Assembly (NCBI GenBank): GCA_035693545.1
Contig: DASSGJ010000055.1
Coordinates: 45,160-109,159 of the forward strand
Source: Candidatus Acidiferrum sp.
GTDB lineage: Bacteria; Acidobacteriota; Terriglobia; Acidiferrales; UBA7541
Length of the DNA: 64,000 nucleotides
Direction: 5' to 3'
Shown: positions 41,802 to 49,456 of the stretch, piece after piece
How the letters are laid out: every line of letters begins with the position of its first letter
How positions within the stretch are numbered: the first letter of the stretch is position 1
The notes under the pieces: generated by a model
Seen by the model: the letters and a program-made list of their open reading frames with translations, nothing else
Database searches by the model: none
What the model was told of the DNA's origin: nothing
Made by a program: the position numbers and the translations under genes

Positions 41802-42599
41802 TCACGAATCCGTGAGCGCGGCGAGCATTTCGGAAGCCGCCTGTCGTACATACGATAGACTTTCGATTAGCAGCTGCGCGTCTCCCTGCCAGAGCTGAAT
41901 GTAATCGCGCGCAGCCGATCCAGTCTGCAACCCGATTGCGTGGCAGACCACGAACGCCGTCGCCTCGGCTTCGGTCTCGCGGATTCGGCGGTTGGTGCCA
42001 GAACGCCGGTCGCCTCGGTGGAGGAGTTCGTGAGCAAGCTCGTGCGCCAAGGTAGAGAACTCTTCTGCTGGCGGCTGGCCGGGTAGCAGCGTGATGCGAC
42101 CGCCGCTCGACGTGCCGCGTGCGGGAGCGATACCTTGCGAGTACTCGATGGCAATGTTCTTTGCCGAGGCGAATGCACGGAGTCGCTCACCGCTTTCGCG
42201 CGGATCGCCTTGCACGATCCCGATATGCGGCAGTTCCTTGCCGTCGGTCTGGCTGACATCGAATACATAGGCGGCACGAAATCCAGCGACAGACACAGAA
42301 GCCGTTTCCGGATCTTCCTCGGACTCGGGCCGACGGCGAACGATGGGAGCGAGAATCAGTATGCCTTTTTCGCCCTTTCTGACGAATCGCCCCAGCTGAT
42401 TCCAAGTGCGAAAGCCCGCCACATAACTAGCGTCGGGCTTCTGCGAAGCAATCAGAAAGACATTGTGCAAGCTGTATCGGTGGAATCGCCCGATGGCTTT
42501 GAGGTAGCCAGTCAAGGCTTCACTGCGGCCTGCCTTCAAGGCAGCGAGGAGCTGCTCCGACGCTCTCTCTGTGATTTCTTTGATTTGTTCTGATTTCAT
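41802..42599 (-). CDS. ardC: ArdC-like antirestriction ssDNA-binding protein with metallopeptidase-like domain
   Basis: FHRYSLHNVFLI, AGFRTWNQLGRFVRKGEKGILI, YVFDVSQTDG, HELAH and ETEAEATAF. Confidence 0.8.
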   Translation of the reverse strand: MKSEQIKEITERASEQLLAALKAGRSEALTGYLKAIGRFHRYSLHNVFLIASQKPDASYVAGFRTWNQLGRFVRKGEKGILILAPIVRRRPESEEDPETASVSVAGFRAAYVFDVSQTDGKELPHIGIVQGDPRESGERLRAFASAKNIAIEYSQGIAPARGTSSGGRITLLPGQPPAEEFSTLAHELAHELLHRGDRRSGTNRRIRETEAEATAFVVCHAIGLQTGSAARDYIQLWQGDAQLLIESLSYVRQAASEMLAALTDS

Positions 42600-42965
42600 T
42601 TTCCGTTCTCCTGTGCGGGAATTTGGTTCCCTCACTTGAGGAAGGGGAACCAAAGAACCGCGACTGCAGGAGGACGGAAGGAGGCAAATCAAGAACGCCG
42701 CAGCGGAGGGCAACCGTCGTGACGCGAGTCTGCGAGTGGCGGGACGGTGTGCCAGCGCAGGCGAAAAGCACGGCGGTTGAGACAGATTTTAGGCGCTTGC
42801 ACGCAGACCTTTATCCACGTCTGATGTACAGCGTTTCTATTGAAGCGAAACGCTGTGTAGACCTGTGAAACAGCAAAGATGACGCTGTGCTGGAGCGGGT
42901 GCTGGCAGCGATGCTCGATACCGATGACCTTAGCGCGTCCGAGGAAGTTGGTGATTATCTTGTGG

Positions 42966-43982
42966 CTAGAACAGTTTCACTTGGCGCGGATCTGGTTGTT
43001 TTTCCGGATCCTCAAATCGGAATGTGCTTGCCTTTAGATATTCCTCGACGGCTTCGCTCGCAATCCAGCGGCGCCTTAGGCTCTCGGCCACTGCGCCCGT
43101 CGTATTCGATCCCGCAAACGGATCCACGACCAAATCATTCGTGTCCGTGAGTAGCTTTATGAAGAACTTCGGCAAGAGCGCGGGGAACCGTGCCGGATGA
43201 ATCTTGATCCCATTCTCCTTGCATTGCTTCGTATAGGAGTCATTCGCGGCATTGTTCCCCATCTTCAACATGCTTTCGGGAAGATCAGGGAGATCTGCCT
43301 CCGTTACATTGGTAGGAATGGCTCCACCAGCATCAATCTTGTCGAAGGAATCTCGGATCACGTGACCCGAAGGACGGATCGTGCCCCGCACGCCGTTTCG
43401 ATTCAGACGAATCATGTCTTCGCTGTATTCCTTGAGGACAGAGAGATTGGATGCTTTCGGCCAAGGTGTTTTCGAGAGCCACCACACATACTCGACGGAG
43501 TCCCGCACGCGAACGCGCCGCACAGTCACCCATTCGGCGGGAACGGGCATCTTGGCAGGGTTATACCAGAAGCACTCTTGGGCCAGGTGAAAGCCGACTT
43601 CCTCCACCAAAGCAATGAGCAGCTTGAAATGGTACAGGGATCGAGTGGGAGTTCCCGGGTTATAGCTTCCGCCTATGTTTAGGACAAAGCTGCCATCTTC
43701 CGCTAAGATGCGATGGATCTCAGTGGCAAAAGGCAGGAACCACTCGACATATTCCTTTTTGCTCTTGTTCCCGTATTCTTTCTTGAAATGCAGGGCGTAT
43801 GGGGGCGAAGTCACGACGAGATTGACCTTGCCCGTTGGCAAGGCACGAAGAAGTTCGAGCGAATCACCTAAATACGCGGCTCCATGGTCGGCCTGGAAGT
43901 AGGGTTTGCTCTTCAGCAGCGAGGCGGGATGTGGGGCGGCAGATTCTTTGACAGGTCGCTTGGTGGTTGCAGTAGAGGCCAT
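42966..43982 (-). CDS. Site-specific DNA methyltransferase, beta class, probably N4-cytosine
   Basis: Motif IV TSPPY precedes HPARFP and motif I DPFAGS. Confidence 0.9.
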   Translation of the reverse strand: MASTATTKRPVKESAAPHPASLLKSKPYFQADHGAAYLGDSLELLRALPTGKVNLVVTSPPYALHFKKEYGNKSKKEYVEWFLPFATEIHRILAEDGSFVLNIGGSYNPGTPTRSLYHFKLLIALVEEVGFHLAQECFWYNPAKMPVPAEWVTVRRVRVRDSVEYVWWLSKTPWPKASNLSVLKEYSEDMIRLNRNGVRGTIRPSGHVIRDSFDKIDAGGAIPTNVTEADLPDLPESMLKMGNNAANDSYTKQCKENGIKIHPARFPALLPKFFIKLLTDTNDLVVDPFAGSNTTGAVAESLRRRWIASEAVEEYLKASTFRFEDPEKQPDPRQVKLF

Positions 43983-44086
43983 GAATCTTCGGTGTCGATT
44001 CTCCCTGTGCTTTGGGCGAACGCTCATAGATGATGTCATGATATTACGGTCTCGCTGTGAAAAAGGGTAGCAGAAATAGGGTAACA

Positions 44087-44299
44087 ATGTCAACCCATTT
44101 ACCGAAGCGCAGTGTTTCCTCCGAGGAGTGGGTTTCCCAGGCCGAGGCTGCCCGGTTGCGCGGTGTCTCGCGTCAGGCGATCGGCCGACTTATCAAGAAA
44201 GGGCGATTTCGCGTGCTGCGAATCGCAGGGAAAGTGCTTTTGAAACGTGTTGACGTCAAGGCATTTGAACCGGAACCAGCGGGGAGACCGCGTAAATGA
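44087..44299 (+). CDS. Small excisionase-like HTH protein, candidate R-M controller
   Basis: [26 protein letters not shown]; divergent from the MTase and overlapping the next gene (ATGA). Confidence 0.7.
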   Translation: MSTHLPKRSVSSEEWVSQAEAARLRGVSRQAIGRLIKKGRFRVLRIAGKVLLKRVDVKAFEPEPAGRPRK

Positions 44300-45048
44300 G
44301 CCCCAGTCTCGATGAGCTGAAGCACATTCTCGATCAATGTACGGATGAGCAGCGGACCGCGCTCCTGGACTACCTCAAGAGCCGATTGCCCCAGCATCCG
44401 CTCGAGAAGGAATGGGGCGTTGGAGCGGAAGTGATCTTGAGCGCCATCGCCCGTTCGTCCGACCTGACGAAGCGTGGAGTTCGGGGAATCATTGCGGAGG
44501 CCGTATTTGAAAGGAATGTCCTGGCTGGACTCAAAGGATGGGAGGCCGTTCGGTTCGTGGAGGATCGTCCTTTTGATTTTCTCCTTCGAAGGAGCGGAGA
44601 ACAAGCCCAAGAAGCCCGGATTCAAGTGAAGTTGCAGCGCATGCTAAAACAGGAGCCCATGTTCGCAGCGAAGGCGAATCGGCACTACCCAAAGGACATG
44701 CACGTGGTCGAAGTGCAAAAGACCAGGGGCGGATTTGACCCACAGACCAACGAGGACACGCGCCCCTATCGGTTTGGAGAATTTGATATCCTCGCCGTGA
44801 ACCTACATCCGTCGACGCGCGACTGGAACCGGTTCCTGTACACGCTCAGCAATTGGCTGATTCCGCGCCATCCGAATAACGCGTTGATCGAGATATTTCA
44901 ACCGGTGCCGTCGATTGCGAGCGACGTGTGGACGGACAGCCTGCCAACTTGTTTGGCATGGCTCTTGGGGGGCGAGAAGAAAAGGATTTTGAACCTTGCG
45001 CCGGAACTTCTCATGCGCCGAGTGCGAAAGCGGAATCCTCCAGCGTAG
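44296..45048 (+). CDS. Putative restriction endonuclease (PD-(D/E)xK-like)
   Basis: E-helix (GIIAEAVF) and PFDFLL...IQVK; position next to the MTase. Confidence 0.55.
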   Translation: MSPSLDELKHILDQCTDEQRTALLDYLKSRLPQHPLEKEWGVGAEVILSAIARSSDLTKRGVRGIIAEAVFERNVLAGLKGWEAVRFVEDRPFDFLLRRSGEQAQEARIQVKLQRMLKQEPMFAAKANRHYPKDMHVVEVQKTRGGFDPQTNEDTRPYRFGEFDILAVNLHPSTRDWNRFLYTLSNWLIPRHPNNALIEIFQPVPSIASDVWTDSLPTCLAWLLGGEKKRILNLAPELLMRRVRKRNPPA

Positions 45049-45062
45049 GTTGTTCGGGTCTT

Positions 45063-45521
45063 TCATAGATTACACGCGGCGCGCGGCAGCCCGTTTGGTC
45101 CAGCCTCGACGATTGATGCGCAGCGCTGGCACATGAACTTTTGCTCCCAGTTGGAGTATTCCTTCCGGTGAACCAGCAAGTTGTAAAGGAACGCGCCGAG
45201 AAGATAGGCGGGCAATAGAATTAGATAGGCTATGGACAGTACGCCCGTAATCCAAGAAAGTTTTCCGCGTGCATCGAAAGCCATGAGAATGAAGAAGCCC
45301 AAGAGCCAGAGCACAATCGGAGCGGCGAAGGGCATTTTCCTCGGTGGAGCGGCAATTTTCGATAGACGGCTCTGACTCTTTCCGCTGTATCTTCCAAAAA
45401 GGAGTCCGTCGCCACTCCCGATGAGCGCGCCCAGTAAGGAGCCTCGCGATTCATACACACCTGCCGCGTAGATTAAGGACAGCTTCTTCAGGTCGGTCGA
45501 ATTGCAGTTCGGGCAAACCAT
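45063..45521 (-). CDS. Hypothetical membrane protein with CxxC pairs at both ends
   Basis: CPNC at the N-terminus, two TM segments, CQRC near the C-terminus. Confidence 0.6.
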   Translation of the reverse strand: MVCPNCNSTDLKKLSLIYAAGVYESRGSLLGALIGSGDGLLFGRYSGKSQSRLSKIAAPPRKMPFAAPIVLWLLGFFILMAFDARGKLSWITGVLSIAYLILLPAYLLGAFLYNLLVHRKEYSNWEQKFMCQRCASIVEAGPNGLPRAACNL

Positions 45522-45588
45522 ACAGAGTCAACTCCGACGTGGGAGGAACCGTACCAGAGTTTGCTGCAAAGTGGTGAACACTCGAAAA

Positions 45589-45608
45589 GTGTCCGGAATT
45601 GTGGACAT
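45589..45608. promoter_or_regulatory. Degenerate copy of palindrome GTGTCCGCAATTGCGGACAC
   Basis: GTGTCCGGAATTGTGGACAT (17/20 match), intergenic between divergent genes. Confidence 0.5.
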
Positions 45609-45738
45609 CGCCACAAGCGAAATATCGAAGTAGGAAACTCGAGGGAGAGGCCGCGTCCACTCGCGTGCATTCTGCGATATGCTTTCATTGACCCGGATTG
45701 GCGCAATCGGAGCGCGCCTATCCGGGTTCGCTTTTTAC

Positions 45739-45767
45739 TTGACAAATGTCGCAGTGCGACATATATA
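45739..45767 (+). promoter_or_regulatory. Sigma70-like promoter with operator-like palindrome in the spacer
   Basis: TTGACA (45739-45744), inverted repeat ATGTCGCA-G-TGCGACAT (45746-45762), then TATATA. Confidence 0.5.
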
Positions 45768-46012
45768 TGAAAAAGGATTGCTCGATTTCTAAGGCGGCTA
45801 CGATTGTTGGTGTCAACCGACGGACACTGCAACGATGGATATTAGCCAAGCAGATTCCCAGTCCGAAGGTAGAAATCGTGGACGGTAAACTCAAGAAATC
45901 TTGGACTGCCGCAGAAGTCGCCCAAATTAAAGAACACAAACAAAGGACGTACTGCGGAAAGGGAATCAACAGAAGAACCGGTAAGAAGGCCAAGAAGAAC
46001 GAAACGAACTAG
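45767..46012 (+). CDS. Small MerR/excisionase-like HTH protein
   Basis: SISKAATIVGVNRRTLQRWILAKQIPSP. Confidence 0.65.
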   Translation: MKKDCSISKAATIVGVNRRTLQRWILAKQIPSPKVEIVDGKLKKSWTAAEVAQIKEHKQRTYCGKGINRRTGKKAKKNETN

Positions 46013-46013
46013 C

Positions 46014-46048
46014 GGGACGCGCTGGTGCTTGAACACCAACGCGCCCCT
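46014..46048 (+). terminator. GC-rich hairpin directly after the HTH gene (no U-tract)
   Basis: GGGACGCGCTGGTG-cttgaa-CACCAACGCGCCCC. Confidence 0.35.
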
Positions 46049-46359
46049 GACCAAAGTCGCACCGGAGGTGCAACGATGGCTGCAAGAGAACTTATCTATT
46101 TCTCGTCTAGGGCGCAACTCTCCGCGCGCCTATGGTTTCCGGCTCGCATCCCTCCTAAGCCGATTGCGGAATCCCCGCCATAACTGAAACTCCACCGATC
46201 AAAGGCGAAGGCTAACGGCCTCGCCCTGCTGTGCCTGTCGTTGAAGGTGCTTGTCCGACGCCACCCCGCCGGGATGGCAGCATGACGCGAGGCGGGAACT
46301 GCTCGGAGCACGTTACGCTCCAGAGTACGTGGTAGAACAAAGTAGAGGAAGGGAACACC

Positions 46360-46626
46360 GTGAGAACCGACATCTACATCGAGCTTTATCTCTGGAACAA
46401 AAACGTTGATTCCTTGATTCGCGTTCTGCAACGGATCGAATTGCTCGGGATTTCCCCGAAGCAACTGTTGCAAATGCATCAGACGCGACTGGATGAATTG
46501 CGGTCGGCGCTGAACGCGGACCTACTCGAAGTACTGCTCACGCAGGAGCGGGCTGACGAAGAGCGCTTCCAACAGCTTGACGCCGCGAGGAGCGAGAACG
46601 CGACAGAAAAGAATCACCTTCATTAA
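46360..46626 (+). CDS. Hypothetical helical protein
   Basis: GTG start after AGAGGAAGGG; plausible composition; no motif recognised. Confidence 0.5.
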   Translation: MRTDIYIELYLWNKNVDSLIRVLQRIELLGISPKQLLQMHQTRLDELRSALNADLLEVLLTQERADEERFQQLDAARSENATEKNHLH

Positions 46627-46740
46627 CGCTTAAAACCGTGAATGCACCGTAGACATGCTGCGAAGGCATGCACCGTAAGCCCACAAAGTGTGCGGCGTTT
46701 ACATTGTTTGCCTTCGTTGCGTGACGTATGAAGGAATGTG

Positions 46741-46962
46741 ATGGGTGAGTGGAAAGCACCATTGAGTCTACGAGTTCGGCAACAACTGCGCACGGGATTA
46801 GAGGAGGCTGCGGCTCGCGATAAGCGCACGCTCGGGAATCTCGGCGAAGTCCTGCTGGAGTGGAGCTTCCAACAACTCCAGGTCGTCGGTTCGACCGAGC
46901 GGCTGCTGAAGTACAGGGTGAGCCCGAGAAGTCCACGGCACAGCAGACCGGAAGAGTCCTGA
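46741..46962 (+). CDS. Arc/ribbon-helix-helix-like DNA-binding protein
   Basis: APLSLRVRQQLRTGLEEAAARDKRTLGNL; AAGGA RBS. Confidence 0.6.
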   Translation: MGEWKAPLSLRVRQQLRTGLEEAAARDKRTLGNLGEVLLEWSFQQLQVVGSTERLLKYRVSPRSPRHSRPEES

Positions 46963-47034
46963 CATAAGTCTTACTTTCAACGTCAGAACCCAGGGATAGG
47001 AGAGAGTGATTCCGAACTTGTTTGAATAACAGCC

Positions 47035-47694
47035 ATGTCCAGCTTGTTCCCAACCGCCCGATTTCCCGCGCTGCCTCTCGCGAAAGAGCAAGAGGCAGCG
47101 ACTGAGCATATATCCAGGGATGCGGATTCAGCCGACGAACCTTCCGATGAATCCCTGATTGCCAAGATTTGCGCCGACGATGCAGAGGCCCTGGGCCTTC
47201 TTTTCAGCCGGTACGCGCGGTTGGTCTGGACCATTGGTCGAAGAATCCTGCAGAACAAGGAAGAGGCGGACGATCTGTTGCAGGATGTGTTCATGTTGGT
47301 GCGCCGGCGGGCAGCTGTTTTTGATTCCTCGAAAGGAACAGTCCGGTCCCTGCTCGTCCAGATGTGCTACCAGCGTGCGCTATCAAGGCGGCGCGATTTG
47401 ACGCGTCAGAATTTCTATTCTTCCAAGGAGCTGCCGGAAAATGGCGGTGCTGCCAGGTCGTCCACATCCGTACTGCGTTACGATGAGGGCCTCGAGGCAC
47501 ACATTGGCCGGGCGGCCCTCAGGAAAGCCGTCGAAGAGTTGTCTCTCGAACAGCGAAAAACTTTGTGGTTGTGTTTCGTCGAGGGCCATACGCTCGAGGA
47601 GATTGCCATGCGCACGGGACAGTCTTACGGAAACGTGCGGCATCACTATTATCGTGGACTCGACAAATTGCGGAAGCACGCGCTAGGAAGGTAA
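47035..47694 (+). CDS. ECF RNA polymerase sigma factor; module 5
   Basis: SDESLI..ALGLLFSRY..EADDLLQDVF..GHTLEEIA..GNVRHHYYRGLDKLR. Confidence 0.9.
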   Translation: MSSLFPTARFPALPLAKEQEAATEHISRDADSADEPSDESLIAKICADDAEALGLLFSRYARLVWTIGRRILQNKEEADDLLQDVFMLVRRRAAVFDSSKGTVRSLLVQMCYQRALSRRRDLTRQNFYSSKELPENGGAARSSTSVLRYDEGLEAHIGRAALRKAVEELSLEQRKTLWLCFVEGHTLEEIAMRTGQSYGNVRHHYYRGLDKLRKHALGR

Positions 47695-47723
47695 ACAGGC
47701 GGAGAGGCACAACTTCTGCAGAT

Positions 47724-47739
47724 GTCCGCAATTGCGGAC
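47724..47739. promoter_or_regulatory. Perfect 16-bp palindrome GTCCGCAATTGCGGAC, candidate operator
   Basis: Intergenic between sigma and anti-sigma; recurs at 49281. Confidence 0.6.
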
Positions 47740-47892
47740 GGAATGAGCAGCGGGTAGCAGCGCACGTCAAAGAGTGATAGCTTTCGGGGGAACTGGCGAG
47801 TCAACAAGGATTTCAGGCCATTCCCCCCAAGATTGAGTAAGATCCTAGGAAGCATTCGGTAGAGATAACCTGGTGCGAGTTCAAAAGCAACA

Positions 47893-49230
47893 ATGGTAGA
47901 AGGGCAGGGAAGTCGGGAAGGCAAGGCGCGCTCGGACGCGCGCCATCAAGAGTTTTTGGAACTCTGCGCTCTCGCTGCTTCCGGCAGCCTGAGCGAGCCA
48001 GAACAGAATAGATTGCAGGAGCACCTTGCCACCTGTTCCGAATGCCGACGGGCGATGACGGAGTTCGAGTCGGTTGTAGACCACGTGATTCCCGAACTTG
48101 CTCCCGAGCACAGCGAGGAGCCCCCATCCGATTCCTCTTTTTCCCTGGACCAAGCCGAGGCTTCCTTTCGAACGCGGCTTTCCGACGAAAAAGAGAGAGA
48201 ACGAAACGGATTCGAAGGAGACTCTTGGCTTTCGCCACTGGTGGTGCGTCGGAGCCGCAGCTTCCGCCGGCACTTTGACCGATATGACCTGTGGCTTCCC
48301 ATGGCGGCGAGCCTCTTGCTGTGTGTGACGCTAGGGATACTCAGCTATAAGAATGGAATGAGCCGTGGCATCGCATCGGCGCGACTGGAAGAGCAATACA
48401 AGGCTGCGGTGCAGGCGGACCGGGGCGACGCGCTAGGCATATCTCCTGCGAATACTGAGGTTCGTGAAAAGGAATTGGTTGACCGTGATGCCTCGCTCAG
48501 AGACCTGCAACGGGAAATAAGCCAGAAAACAAGCGAACTCGCGAAACTGGAAACTCTCGCGGCAGCGCAACAGACCGCCCTCGAAACGAGCGCGAAAGAC
48601 ACGAAGGGCATCGTGGGAGAACGCGATCGCCTGCTCAAGCAGGTCTCCGCCGATGAGGTAACATTGCGGGAGACCCAGGAACGGCTCAAGAAACTCGAAC
48701 GGGAACGCACTGAAACCGTCATTCGCACGGCGAGTTTCGAAGCGAAGATTGCGGACCTGTCCGCCTCACTCGAAGAGCACGAGCGGATTACGACCGAACA
48801 GCAGGATCTGCTTGCCAAGGACCGCGACATCCGCGAGCTGATCGGGGCACGGGACCTCTATATCACTGAAATTTACGACGTGGCGCGCAACGGGGACACT
48901 CGGAAAGCAGCGGGCCGCGTGTTCTATACCAAGGGAAAGTCGCTCATCTTCTACGCCTACGACTTGAACGAGAATGGGGGCGTAAAAGACACCAGCACGT
49001 TCGAAGCGTGGGGGCAGCGCGGGTCCGATTGGAGGCAGGCTTCGAAGCTCGGCATCTTTTACGAAGACAATGCCGCCAAGAAACGCTGGGTCGTGAAGTC
49101 GAATGACAAGAAAACGCTCGACCAGCTGGATGCCGTCTTCATCACCGTAGAGCCGAACGGCGAAAGCGAACGTCCCACCGGAAAACCCCTTCTCTTTACC
49201 TATCTCAAAGTAGCTCCTAACCATCCGTAG
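47893..49230 (+). CDS. Anti-sigma factor (zf-HC2, TM, coiled coil, RskA-like); module 5
   Basis: HLATCSEC, TM, coiled coil, GRVFYTKGKSLIFYAYDL, PNHP end. Confidence 0.82.
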   Translation: MVEGQGSREGKARSDARHQEFLELCALAASGSLSEPEQNRLQEHLATCSECRRAMTEFESVVDHVIPELAPEHSEEPPSDSSFSLDQAEASFRTRLSDEKERERNGFEGDSWLSPLVVRRSRSFRRHFDRYDLWLPMAASLLLCVTLGILSYKNGMSRGIASARLEEQYKAAVQADRGDALGISPANTEVREKELVDRDASLRDLQREISQKTSELAKLETLAAAQQTALETSAKDTKGIVGERDRLLKQVSADEVTLRETQERLKKLERERTETVIRTASFEAKIADLSASLEEHERITTEQQDLLAKDRDIRELIGARDLYITEIYDVARNGDTRKAAGRVFYTKGKSLIFYAYDLNENGGVKDTSTFEAWGQRGSDWRQASKLGIFYEDNAAKKRWVVKSNDKKTLDQLDAVFITVEPNGESERPTGKPLLFTYLKVAPNHP

Positions 49231-49280
49231 CCGGAAAGCCGTGCAGCCTCCGCTGTTCTCTTGGGCAATCTCGCGTTGTG

Positions 49281-49300
49281 GTGTCCGCAATTGCGGACAC
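49281..49300. promoter_or_regulatory. Perfect 20-bp palindrome GTGTCCGCAATTGCGGACAC, candidate operator
   Basis: Intergenic, upstream of the module 5 TBDR. Confidence 0.6.
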
Positions 49301-49456
49301 TTTCTCACGAAGCCGGGGAATCTCTCTACGCCGGAAGATAATGGAGTCACAAAGGGGGGCTCGACTCGCCCTAAAGCGATTTTTTGACGGGAATCCGGTA
49401 CACACAAGCGACAAGCGGGGTTGACTGTGCATATTCCGGTCGTACAAGGAGTTCTC

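Noticed and set aside
42600-42870. Possible single-strand promoter or conserved upstream element before ardC
   Set aside because: Context is suggestive, but I could not define a convincing structure or repeat.
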